From assembly GCA_903843225.1 (NCBI GenBank), contig CAIMOX010000016.1, forward strand, positions 39,358 through 103,357: 64,000 bases of DNA. The letters run 5' to 3'. Positions 40,113-49,028 of the stretch are shown here, piece by piece; the stretch's first letter is position 1; each line of letters begins with the position of its first letter. Made by a program: the position numbers and the translations under genes. The notes beneath the pieces were generated by a model. That model saw nothing but the letters and a program-made list of their open reading frames with translations, did no database searches and was not told the DNA's origin. The stretch comes from an uncultured Actinomycetes bacterium. Its GTDB lineage: Bacteria > Actinomycetota > Actinomycetes > Nanopelagicales > Nanopelagicaceae.

Positions 40113-40587
40113 CCTTTGGCGGTTGCACTGGTGGGATATTTCTTAAGACGAGGACCGCCGCAAGAACTGCTCCGATAACAATAGAGGAATCGGCGAGGTT
40201 AAATGTCGGCCAATGCGTGACCTCGATCCAATCGACGACTGCGCCTCGGAAAGCGCCTGGCGCCCGCAGAATCCGGTCAATCAGATTGCCACAGATTCCG
40301 CCCACTACAAGGCCAGCCGCTAGGAGCCACCCCCTATGAGAGAAGGTCGAGGCTCTTCGAGTTATCAACGCAGCCACCAGCAGGGAGAAGATGCTCAGCA
40401 GAATTGTTCGATTCGTAGCAACGCTAAATGCAGCGCCAGTGTTACGAACAAGGTGGAGTGAGAGTAGCGACCCAATGATCCGGTGAGGATTAGCGCCTAA
40501 GGCAACGAGTGCAATCGACTTAGAGATGCAATCAATTCCAGCGACGATTAAGACTGTCAGCGCAAGACGGCGCCGTGCCATCATCAC
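40084..40587 (-). CDS. lspA: lipoprotein signal peptidase II
   Basis: 167 aa with VRNTGAAFS and FNLADSSI motifs and four TM segments. Confidence 0.92.
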   Translation of the reverse strand: MMMARRRLALTVLIVAGIDCISKSIALVALGANPHRIIGSLLSLHLVRNTGAAFSVATNRTILLSIFSLLVAALITRRASTFSHRGWLLAAGLVVGGICGNLIDRILRAPGAFRGAVVDWIEVTHWPTFNLADSSIVIGAVLAAVLVLRNIPPVQPPKDDQMDNENE

Positions 40588-40606
40588 AGCAGAGCGCCTA
40601 AAAAAA

Positions 40607-41521
40607 TCAGCGACGCTCCTCCTTCTGCTTACAACTCATGCAGAGGGTTGCGCGAGGGAAAACTTGCAGACGCGCCTTGCCGATTGGGCTGCCGCACTCT
40701 TCACAACGACCATAGACCTTGGTATCAATACGTTGGATTGCACGCTCTGTCTGCATCACCATGTCACGCGCGTTATAGACAAGAGACATCTCATGTTCGC
40801 GCTCGAAGGTCTTGGTGCCGGCGTCAGCCTGGTCATCGCCAGCTCCTACGCCAGCGGAGACGATGAGATCTTCCATCTCACCTTCAGCCTCAGCTAGTTC
40901 CGCTTTGAGTCGAACGAGATCCTTAGCGAGCGCAGAACGCATTGACTTGAGTTCTGTGGCGTTCCAACTAGCCTCACTATCTTCAACAACGAAGGGTGCA
41001 GGCGCTCCCTTAATTGGCTTGAGCGGCGCAACTTTTTTGCCAGCTTTGATCGGACGTGGTGGTGGTGGCATGACGAGGCGGCGCTCTTCAACAACCGCAT
41101 CTGGGCCATCCTTCACCTCTTTTGGAGCGACGGAGATTGTGGTCGAATCTCCTGTGGTTGTGCTTTGAAGCTTTGCCGCGACTGGCTTTGCTGCCGCCTT
41201 CTTCGCTGGAAGTTCCTTTAATACGGGGGTCGCCTTCTTCGCCGGGGTCGCCTTCTTTACTGGCGCAGCCTTCTTTACTGGCGCAGCCTTCTTTACTGGC
41301 GCAGCCTTCTTTACTGGAGCTGCCTTTTTGGCGGGAGCTGCCTTCTTTGCTGGAGCTGCCTTTTTGGCGGGAGCTGCCTTCTTTGCTGGAGCTGCCTTTT
41401 TGGCGGGAGCTGCCTTCTTTGCTGGAGCTGCCTTCTTCGCTGGCGCGGGCTTACCCTTCTTCAATAGCTTTGCGACGACGCCCTTCAGAGGCTTTACCGG
41501 ACTCTTCTTCGCTGTTGGCAC
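40607..41521 (-). CDS. DksA/TraR C4 zinc-finger protein with an N-terminal lysine/alanine-rich (histone H1-like) repeat domain
   Basis: C-terminus has a coiled coil plus CEECGSPI...CMSC zinc finger. The N-terminus has about 13 consecutive P[AV]KKA[AT] hexapeptides. Located between lspA and ileS. Confidence 0.85.
   Translation of the reverse strand: MPTAKKSPVKPLKGVVAKLLKKGKPAPAKKAAPAKKAAPAKKAAPAKKAAPAKKAAPAKKAAPAKKAAPVKKAAPVKKAAPVKKAAPVKKATPAKKATPVLKELPAKKAAAKPVAAKLQSTTTGDSTTISVAPKEVKDGPDAVVEERRLVMPPPPRPIKAGKKVAPLKPIKGAPAPFVVEDSEASWNATELKSMRSALAKDLVRLKAELAEAEGEMEDLIVSAGVGAGDDQADAGTKTFEREHEMSLVYNARDMVMQTERAIQRIDTKVYGRCEECGSPIGKARLQVFPRATLCMSCKQKEERR
41192..41443 (-). repeat. in-frame coding tandem repeat (18-bp unit; perfect 18-bp x3 and 36-bp x3 blocks)
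   Basis: ctggcgcagccttcttta x3 (41260-41313) and ctggagctgcctttttggcgggagctgccttctttg x3 (41314-41421), read directly from the sequence. These encode the PAKKAA/PVKKAA repeats. Confidence 0.9.
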
Positions 41522-41707
41522 GTATCCACTACCTTCATATTGCTATCGATGATTACAACGCTTTGATGTAAAGGGCCTTGCTAAATTTTTGGGTGAAAGG
41601 AGTGCTCAGGCTAGAACTGATAGGCGCTAAATACCAACTTCACCGCGCTAGACTAGCGCTTTACCAATCTGACGTGCCGGTAGAGCGCGTGATAAAGGAG
41701 TAGTGGC

Positions 41708-44700
41708 GTGAGCAACGAGAAGGATGGCCGCTTCAAGGCCCTAGCTCCTGCGATCGACCTGCCTGCCACCGAACATCAGATCCTCTCCTTCTGGGAGGAG
41801 AACTCGATCTTCGCCAAAAGCATCGCTGCTCGTGAAGGCGCCCCTCGTTGGACCTTCTATGAGGGTCCGCCCACCGCAAACGGTAAGCCTGGAACTCACC
41901 ATATTGAAGCCCGAGTCTTTAAGGATCTCTTCCCGCGTTACCAGACGATGAAGGGCAACCAGGTAATCCGTAAAGCTGGCTGGGATTGCCATGGCCTTCC
42001 GGTCGAGATCGCAGTTGAGAAGGAGCTTGGCTTCTCTGGCAAGGGAGATATAGAAAAATTTGGTATCGCTGCCTTCAACGAGAAGTGCCGCGAGTCAGTG
42101 CAGCGCCACGTGGGTGAATTCTCGACCATGACTCGTCGCATGGGATTCTGGGTTGATTTTGAAGAGGCTTACTGGACCATGTCTCCAGAATATGTCGAGA
42201 GCGTCTGGTGGTCACTCCAACAAATTTTCAATAAGGGCCTGCTCGTTCAAGATCACCGCGTTGCGCCTTATTGTCCGCGTTGCGGAACAGGCCTCTCTGA
42301 TCACGAACTCGCACAAGGATATGAGACTGTTCAAGATCCATCTGTTTATGTGCGCTTTCCTGCTACCTCAGGCATTGCTGGCGACCTTGGCGCCGCCTTC
42401 TTGGTCTGGACAACAACGCCCTGGACCCTCGTTTCAAATACCGCCATCGCAGTCAATCCTGGCGTCAACTACCAAGTCATTGAAGTGAAGAGTGAGGACT
42501 CCTCTGAACGGTTAGTAGTCGCGGAAAACCTCGTTGCATCGATTGCAGCGCCTGAGAAGGTCACGGTCTTGGCAAATCTTCTTGGTGCAGATCTTGAGCG
42601 AAGCACCTACCAGCGCCCCTTTGATCTCCTTGAGATTCCAGAGTCGCATTTCATCGTGCTCGCTGATTACGTCACTGTCGAAGATGGAACTGGTCTAGTC
42701 CATCAGGCTCCTGCCTTCGGCGCAGATGACCTTCAGGTCTGTCGAAAGTATGGCCTACCGGTAGTAAATCCAATCGCTCCAGATGGAACTTTTTTGCCTG
42801 AGATCGAGATGGTTGGCGGAACCTTCTTCAAGGATGCCGACAAGATTTTGATTAAAGATCTCAAGGCTCGTGGCTTAATGTTTAAGCACACCCAATATGA
42901 GCACTCCTACCCACACTGCTGGCGCTGTCACACCGTACTTATTTATTACGCACAGCCTTCTTGGTATATCCGCACAACTGCGATAAAAGATTCACTCTTG
43001 CGTGAGAATGCAAAGACTGATTGGCATCCCGAAACTATCAAGAGTGGAAGATTCGGTGATTGGCTAGAAAATAATATTGATTGGGCAGTTTCGCGTAATC
43101 GTTACTGGGGGACTCCCCTACCTATCTGGCGCTGCCCGGATGGCCATCTCTACTGCGTTGGTTCACTCGCTGAGCTAGCAACGTTGAGCGGAAGAGATAT
43201 TGCTGGAACCGATCCGCATCGACCATTCGTTGATGACATCACCTTTGATTGCACTCAATGTGACGCGAGAATGACACGCGTCTCTGAAGTGATCGATTGT
43301 TGGTATGACTCCGGTGCGATGCCCTTTGCGCAATGGGGCTATCCGCACAAGGAAGGGTCAGTTGAGAAGTTTGAAGCGGCCTATCCTGCAGATTTCATTG
43401 CTGAAGCGATTGATCAGACCCGCGGGTGGTTCTACACGCTGATGACGATTGGCACCTTGGTCTTCGACCAGAGTTCTTATGAGACTGTCCTCTGCCTCGG
43501 TCACATCCTTGATAAAGATGGCCGAAAGATGAGTAAGCATTTAGGAAATGTGCTTGAACCGATCGCCTTGATGGATCAACATGGCGCAGATGCAGTCCGC
43601 TGGTACATGCTTGCAGCTGGTTCACCGTGGTCTGCTCGCCGCGTCGGTCATGATGCGCTCTCTGATGTTGTGCGCAAAACGCTCCTCACCTATTGGAATA
43701 CCGTCTCCTTCTTCGCCCTCTATGCGAAGGCCGCTGATTTCACACTGACGGGCTCGCACGCCCCATCTACCGACACGATGGATCGCTGGATCACTTCAGA
43801 GCTAAACCAATTGATCCAAGAAGTTGATAGCGCCTACGCAGCATTTGATTCCCAGCTTGCTGGAAAGCTACTTGCAACATTTATCGATGATCTCTCAAAT
43901 TGGTATGTTCGTAGGTCGCGTCGACGTTTCTGGGATGGCGATGCCGCAGCGCTGGCGACCTTATACAACGCACTGAAAATTCTTACCCAGCTACTCTCAC
44001 CGATGATTCCATTTATTTCAGAGCATGTCTGGCAAGAGCTCGTTCGCACCGCAGATAAATCGGCAGCGCAATCTGTTCACCTCACCGATTTTCCAGTTGC
44101 AGATCCAGTTCTCATCGATCAACCATTGACGACATCAGTACGACTCTCTCGCCGCTTAGTTGAGCTAGGCCGCGCTGCCCGCGCTGAGTCAAAGATCAAG
44201 ATTCGCCAGCCACTCGGCCGCGCACTCGTCGCAGCGCAAGGTTTCGACGCGATGGATCCAGAGATCCGCGCTCACATCGCCGATGAACTCAATGTCATCT
44301 CACTCGATGACCTCGCTAGCGCTGATGGTGATTTGGTGGATATCTCTATTAAAGCAAACTTCCGAACGATCGGTGCAAAGTTCGGAGCCGATGTTCAGGC
44401 GATCGCTCGCGCATTGATGGCTACAGATCACGCCGAATCTGTCCGAGCCCTCCGCGCAGATCACTCACTCACGATCACCTACGATGGCAAAACTGTCGTA
44501 CTAGGTATTGATGACCTCGTTATTACGGAGACCCCAAAGAATGGTTGGTCAGTTGCTTCACATGGTGGTGAGAGCGTTGCTTTAGATCTTGAACTCACCC
44601 CAACCTTAATTCAGGCTGGTCTGGTACGCGAGATCATTCGTGCCATCCAAGAAGAGCGCAAAACTTCAGATTTTGATATCTCAGATCGCATTATTGTTCG

Positions 44701-44848
44701 CTGGAATGGTTCATCTGAGATTGCAACTGCAATGCAGGCTGAGCAAGCGCTCATCGGGGCTGAAGTATTGGCGATCACCTTTGAACGAGACTCCGGACTT
44801 ACCATCGATGAAGAACTTGGCTTAGCGCTCGCACTCACCAAGCAGTAA
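41708..44848 (+). CDS. ileS: isoleucine--tRNA ligase
   Basis: 1046 aa. HIGH-type motif PTANGKPGTHH and KMSKS motif KMSKHLGN. GTG start 7 nt after AAAGGAG. Confidence 0.97.
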   Translation: MSNEKDGRFKALAPAIDLPATEHQILSFWEENSIFAKSIAAREGAPRWTFYEGPPTANGKPGTHHIEARVFKDLFPRYQTMKGNQVIRKAGWDCHGLPVEIAVEKELGFSGKGDIEKFGIAAFNEKCRESVQRHVGEFSTMTRRMGFWVDFEEAYWTMSPEYVESVWWSLQQIFNKGLLVQDHRVAPYCPRCGTGLSDHELAQGYETVQDPSVYVRFPATSGIAGDLGAAFLVWTTTPWTLVSNTAIAVNPGVNYQVIEVKSEDSSERLVVAENLVASIAAPEKVTVLANLLGADLERSTYQRPFDLLEIPESHFIVLADYVTVEDGTGLVHQAPAFGADDLQVCRKYGLPVVNPIAPDGTFLPEIEMVGGTFFKDADKILIKDLKARGLMFKHTQYEHSYPHCWRCHTVLIYYAQPSWYIRTTAIKDSLLRENAKTDWHPETIKSGRFGDWLENNIDWAVSRNRYWGTPLPIWRCPDGHLYCVGSLAELATLSGRDIAGTDPHRPFVDDITFDCTQCDARMTRVSEVIDCWYDSGAMPFAQWGYPHKEGSVEKFEAAYPADFIAEAIDQTRGWFYTLMTIGTLVFDQSSYETVLCLGHILDKDGRKMSKHLGNVLEPIALMDQHGADAVRWYMLAAGSPWSARRVGHDALSDVVRKTLLTYWNTVSFFALYAKAADFTLTGSHAPSTDTMDRWITSELNQLIQEVDSAYAAFDSQLAGKLLATFIDDLSNWYVRRSRRRFWDGDAAALATLYNALKILTQLLSPMIPFISEHVWQELVRTADKSAAQSVHLTDFPVADPVLIDQPLTTSVRLSRRLVELGRAARAESKIKIRQPLGRALVAAQGFDAMDPEIRAHIADELNVISLDDLASADGDLVDISIKANFRTIGAKFGADVQAIARALMATDHAESVRALRADHSLTITYDGKTVVLGIDDLVITETPKNGWSVASHGGESVALDLELTPTLIQAGLVREIIRAIQEERKTSDFDISDRIIVRWNGSSEIATAMQAEQALIGAEVLAITFERDSGLTIDEELGLALALTKQ

Positions 44849-44881
44849 GAACTACTCTGGCTGATTAGGTACTAGTAGGTA

Positions 44882-45169
44882 CTAGTGGAGTGTGTTGACG
44901 ACGCGTTGCAACATCTGCACAACGATGAAGATCAAGATAAATGAGAGATCGATCGCAACTGGCCCAAGACGCAGTGGCGGAATAAAACGTCTCACAAATT
45001 TCATCACTGGATCTGTGATCGCGTAAATCGCCTCAGCAATAATGAGAATTAACCCACGAGGTCGCCATTGCGCCGCAAAGATACGAACATAGTCGAGAAT
45101 TAAACGCCCAAAGAGGGCGAGGACAAATATCTGAAGAATTAACTTCAGGATAAAAACCAGAAGAGTCAT
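44882..45169 (-). CDS. yggT: YggT/YlmG-family membrane protein
   Basis: 95-aa two-TM protein directly downstream of sepF in the dcw cluster. Confidence 0.85.
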   Translation of the reverse strand: MTLLVFILKLILQIFVLALFGRLILDYVRIFAAQWRPRGLILIIAEAIYAITDPVMKFVRRFIPPLRLGPVAIDLSFILIFIVVQMLQRVVNTLH

Positions 45170-45174
45170 GAGGA

Positions 45175-45672
45175 TCAGCTCTGGTTGAAGAAGCTAGCCT
45201 CTGCCGCCGCCGCCTTATGCTCCGATGAGACTCGAACATTGGCAGGAGTTAAGAGAAATACCTTCGAAGTAACTCGCTCAATACTTCCGTGGTGTCCAAA
45301 GACAAGTCCAGATGCAAAATCAACCAGGCGCTTGCGCTCTGACTCTTCCATATCGCTGAGGTTCATCAGAACTGGCTGCCCCTCGCGGAAATGTTCGCCG
45401 ACAGTACGAGCCTCATTATAAAAACGAGGATGGATAGTGAAGATGGAATCCAAGATCGGAAGTTCTGCCTGGGCTGCTACCGGTGTCACTGGCATCACTG
45501 GTGTCACACGCTCACGAATTGGCGCTGATGCAGTGACAGCACGAGATGCACCAGAAGGTGGAGTAACGCGAACGCTCTTCTGTGGGAGCTCCATCGCTAC
45601 TGTAGTTTCGAAATCTGCCTCGTCATCAACGAGTCCTAGATACCCTGCCATCTTTTTAAATGCATTAGCCAT
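45175..45672 (-). CDS. sepF: cell division protein SepF
   Basis: 165 aa. MANAFKKMAGYLGLVDDE N-terminal amphipathic helix and conserved C-terminal SepF domain. Confidence 0.9.
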   Translation of the reverse strand: MANAFKKMAGYLGLVDDEADFETTVAMELPQKSVRVTPPSGASRAVTASAPIRERVTPVMPVTPVAAQAELPILDSIFTIHPRFYNEARTVGEHFREGQPVLMNLSDMEESERKRLVDFASGLVFGHHGSIERVTSKVFLLTPANVRVSSEHKAAAAEASFFNQS

Positions 45673-45681
45673 AGTCCAAGT

Positions 45682-46362
45682 TTAGGCGGGCTCTGGCCGC
45701 GAACCGAGGATTGAACTACCCACCCGGATATGTGTCGCACCGGCGAGGATCGCCGCTTCAAAATCCCCACTCATCCCCAGTGAGAGTGATGGAAGTTCTA
45801 ATTCTCTTGCCAGATTTGCCACATCCGCGAAGGCACCACGTGGATCGACCCCTATAGGTAGAACACACATCAATCCGACGACCTTAATTGCAGGAAGATT
45901 GCGAATCGATTCGTAGAAGCCCCGGATCTCAGACTTAGCTACTCCACCTCGATCACTCCGGTCCGGCTCCAAATTCACTTGAATGAAGAACTCCCGCTCT
46001 AAGTTACCTGCTGATAAGAATCGACTGCTCTTCTCTGCATGATCTCGTGAATCTAGTGAATGGATCGTCTGGGCCCAGCCAAGAATGGATGGGATCTTGC
46101 GAGATTGAATCTGTCCTTGGAAGTGCCAGCGAATATCCGCGGGTAACTCAGCTGATTTCTGCGCACCCTCGCTATCGCGATTCTCACCAAAGTGGCGCAG
46201 CCCTAAATCGTATAAATACATGGCATCACTTGCTGGGAAGAATTTTGTCACTGCGATCAAAGTGATCTCATCGCGCGTGCGACCAGATTGAGCGAGAGCG
46301 GCATCGATTCGAGCTTCAACCTGTGCCAGATTCTCTTTGATTTCCTCTTTGCGGCTGGTCAT
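45682..46362 (-). CDS. yggS: YggS/YlmE-family pyridoxal-phosphate homeostasis protein
   Basis: 226 aa with the PLP-lysine region LIAVTKFFP. Conserved dcw position. Confidence 0.9.
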   Translation of the reverse strand: MTSRKEEIKENLAQVEARIDAALAQSGRTRDEITLIAVTKFFPASDAMYLYDLGLRHFGENRDSEGAQKSAELPADIRWHFQGQIQSRKIPSILGWAQTIHSLDSRDHAEKSSRFLSAGNLEREFFIQVNLEPDRSDRGGVAKSEIRGFYESIRNLPAIKVVGLMCVLPIGVDPRGAFADVANLARELELPSLSLGMSGDFEAAILAGATHIRVGSSILGSRPEPA

Positions 46363-46994
46363 AGCGAGATAACTCCCGCCTGGCGACCAATCGTTTTATC
46401 GCGGCGATAGGAGAAGAATTGAGAATTTTCGAGAGTACAGATACCCAGTGCGTGAGTATCTATGCCACGTTCACGCAAAATTCCGATCGCCCCTCGCGGG
46501 AGATCGAGTGAGTGTTGCGCGGTTGAAGTCGCGCTAGCCGGGAAGAATGTGGTGACTTCTTCGTACATCTCAGGAGAGACTTCATAACATCCGCCGCAGA
46601 TTGAAGGACCAATCCAAGCAAAGATCCCGGTAGCTCCGAGTCCTTCCATGATATCCAGCGTTTTATCAATAATTCCATGTGTCATGCCGATTCTCCCGAC
46701 ATGAACGGCAGCAACACAGGTGTGAGAACTCAACAAGAGCGGAATGCAATCCGCAACAAGAACAGCTAGTCCGAGGCCCGGATTCTGGGTCACCAGCGCA
46801 TCGGCCTCGGGATCAATATCAGAGAATGTGTGAACTAACTTCACCACATCGCTATGGCTCTGGCTCATGAACTGCAATGACTCCAGCTTCAACTGGCTGC
46901 GCAGCCGTTCACGATTTTGTAGAGCTACCGAACGATCATCTCCAGTATGAAGGGCGAGATTATCCGGCGATGAGGTGAAGTGAATCTTTGGCAT
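46359..46994 (-). CDS. pgeF: YfiH/PgeF (YlmD) laccase-domain protein
   Basis: 211 aa with the conserved His/Cys pattern (QSHSD..., DC.P..., C.C.EV). Position immediately after ftsZ. Confidence 0.85.
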   Translation of the reverse strand: MPKIHFTSSPDNLALHTGDDRSVALQNRERLRSQLKLESLQFMSQSHSDVVKLVHTFSDIDPEADALVTQNPGLGLAVLVADCIPLLLSSHTCVAAVHVGRIGMTHGIIDKTLDIMEGLGATGIFAWIGPSICGGCYEVSPEMYEEVTTFFPASATSTAQHSLDLPRGAIGILRERGIDTHALGICTLENSQFFSYRRDKTIGRQAGVISL

Positions 46995-46998
46995 GCGA

Positions 46999-48159
46999 TT
47001 ACTTCATGAAGTCGGGGATATCAATCTCATCTTCAGTAACCAGCTCTTCAAAGGTGATCTTGCGGCGAGTCGCAGCGACTATTGGAATACCATCTGTATT
47101 TTCATTGATACCAAGATCAAGGGCTACTGCCAATGGGTCATTCGCTGCAATGGGATTTGCTTGGCCCGAGAGCGCTGTCGCGCTAATAGTTGGCATCTCG
47201 ACGCGCTTTGGCGCTCCGCCATCAAAGCCAGCTGCAATCACAGTGATACGTACTTCATCACCAAGAGCATCATCAATGACAGTTCCGAAGATGATATTTG
47301 CATCAGGATGAGCAAATTTTGCGACGAGCTCTGCAGCTTCAGAGAGCTCAAAGAGGCCAAGGTCAGATCCGCCTGCAATCGACATTAAGACGCCACGCGC
47401 ACCATCGATTGATGCTTCAAGCAATGGACTGGCGATAGCAAGTTCGGCGGCACGGATGGCACGAGCTTCACCACGCGCAGAACCAATTCCCATAAGCGCT
47501 GAGCCCGCGCCAGCCATCACGCTCTTCACATCTGCAAAGTCAAGGTTGATCAGCCCTGGAGTTGTGATCAAGTCAGTGATTCCTTGGACTCCAGAGAGGA
47601 GAACTTGATCTGCACTTCGGAAAGCTTCAACAGCTGTGATCGTGCGATCTGAAATAGCGAGGAGGCGATCATTAGGAATAACAATCAGGGTATCGACCTC
47701 TGCACGCAGGTTTGCAATACCTTCTTCAGCTTGCGCTGTGCGGTGCTTCGCTTCAAAGCTAAAAGGCTTGGTAACAACACCAACAGTAAGTGCGCCAAGA
47801 TCCTTTGCAGCCTTTGCAATAACAGGCGCTCCGCCAGTACCAGTACCGCCACCTTCACCGGCAGTAACAAAGACCATATCTGCACCACGTAGTACTTCTT
47901 CAATTTCATCGAGATGATCAAGCGCTGCTTGACGACCAACTTCAGGTGCAGCACCTGCGCCAAGGCCACGAGTTGATTTGCGACCAATATCTAATTTCAC
48001 ATCAGCATCTGACATGATGAGTTGTTGTGCATCAGTATTAATAGCAATGAACTCGACACCTTTTAATCCTGCTTCGATCATTCGATTGACGGCATTAACT
48101 CCGCCGCCACCGATTCCGACAACTTTGATCACTGCAAGATAATTTTGTGGTGTTGCCAC
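46999..48159 (-). CDS. ftsZ: cell division protein FtsZ
   Basis: 386 aa. [10 protein letters not shown] tubulin signature and C-terminal DIPDFMK peptide. GTG start. Confidence 0.97.
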   Translation of the reverse strand: MATPQNYLAVIKVVGIGGGGVNAVNRMIEAGLKGVEFIAINTDAQQLIMSDADVKLDIGRKSTRGLGAGAAPEVGRQAALDHLDEIEEVLRGADMVFVTAGEGGGTGTGGAPVIAKAAKDLGALTVGVVTKPFSFEAKHRTAQAEEGIANLRAEVDTLIVIPNDRLLAISDRTITAVEAFRSADQVLLSGVQGITDLITTPGLINLDFADVKSVMAGAGSALMGIGSARGEARAIRAAELAIASPLLEASIDGARGVLMSIAGGSDLGLFELSEAAELVAKFAHPDANIIFGTVIDDALGDEVRITVIAAGFDGGAPKRVEMPTISATALSGQANPIAANDPLAVALDLGINENTDGIPIVAATRRKITFEELVTEDEIDIPDFMK

Positions 48160-48278
48160 GATGCGCCTCTTCCTGGTCTCTAAATCTCTACTTGAGACTT
48201 AAAGTTATGGTCTATCTACTGAGGAGAAAGTAGGGGTGAGGACTACAACCTGCAACGACCGACACGGCGCAGCGGGAG

Positions 48279-49028
48279 TTATTTTGTAATGGGTGAAAGC
48301 GGATCTGAGAGATCAAAGAAGGTCGCTTTCTTGCTATCTTGAAGAGCAATCAATCTTCTATAAATAGTTAATTTCAATGACAGATCGTTACTACCTCCCC
48401 ATCGAATCGAAATAATACGAGATGGAGAGATCGCAGCCTTCATGGTGATCACATCAGAAGTAGAAACGGCAAATCCTTGAGCTGAATGCAAGAGAACTGG
48501 GTCGACTTGATGGAGATTGATAATAAAGGAGGCGATAGAACTTTTACTTTGTGGAGTAGTGGACCCCATTTGAATAATCGGAAGATTTGAATACTGGAGT
48601 GGTGATTGAAAATCGATACCACTCGCGTCAAAATATCGCAGCACTCCATCTGACCCCTGGTAGGAGGCAACTGGAATTCGTTGCGTGATATGAATGGTGA
48701 GCGCGCCATGAATCCAGCTGCGGCCAATTTCGACTGAATCAATCCAAGAATTCTTCGCTATTAATCGATCTAGCGCAGAGACATCGACGCGCGCTAATGG
48801 TGTCCCAACTCGGATAGCAGGTTTAACCTCTGAGATAGATTGTTGAATCAGCGCACGCTCTTGAGTTCCGGATATTGCAATTACCTTGACCGAAAGTAAT
48901 GAAGACCATCCTAAAAGGAATGTCACGAGAGAGAGCAGGAGGAGTGATAGGAATATTCCTGGGAAGTGTCGGAAGGAGCGTATCGTCCTTTGTCGGAGTA
49001 CCTTCCTGCGGCGTCTAGGGACCCTCAT
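48279..49028 (-). CDS. ftsQ: cell division protein FtsQ/DivIB
   Basis: 249 aa. Basic N-terminus, one TM segment and a POTRA-like domain. Located between murC and ftsZ. Confidence 0.85.
   Translation of the reverse strand: MRVPRRRRKVLRQRTIRSFRHFPGIFLSLLLLSLVTFLLGWSSLLSVKVIAISGTQERALIQQSISEVKPAIRVGTPLARVDVSALDRLIAKNSWIDSVEIGRSWIHGALTIHITQRIPVASYQGSDGVLRYFDASGIDFQSPLQYSNLPIIQMGSTTPQSKSSIASFIINLHQVDPVLLHSAQGFAVSTSDVITMKAAISPSRIISIRWGGSNDLSLKLTIYRRLIALQDSKKATFFDLSDPLSPITK

Noticed and set aside
41192-41443. 18/36-bp perfect direct repeats that could superficially resemble a CRISPR array or VNTR locus.
   Set aside because: The repeats are contiguous with no spacers, lie in-frame inside a CDS and encode PAKKAA hexapeptides, so this is not a CRISPR array. 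The long plus-strand ORFs over this region (41122..41571, 41328..41552, 40812..41168) are repeat-induced shadow ORFs.
41522-41707. Canonical T-box riboswitch upstream of ileS.
   Set aside because: I looked for the conserved T-box sequence (..GGUGGUACCGCG..) with a UGGN bulge and for a clear AUC specifier loop. Only ACCGCG (within CUUCACCGCGC) is present, without the UGG. I cannot call a T-box by eye, so it is kept only as a generic structured-leader observation.
44866-44885. Perfect tandem decamer TAGGTACTAG x2, with two ACTAGT palindromes, in the 33-nt convergent ileS/yggT gap. Considered as a bidirectional terminator or protein-binding site.
   Set aside because: It forms only a 5-6 bp AU-rich hairpin with no flanking U/A tracts, and the second copy overlaps the yggT stop codon. 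It is too short to distinguish from chance, so it is noted but not called.
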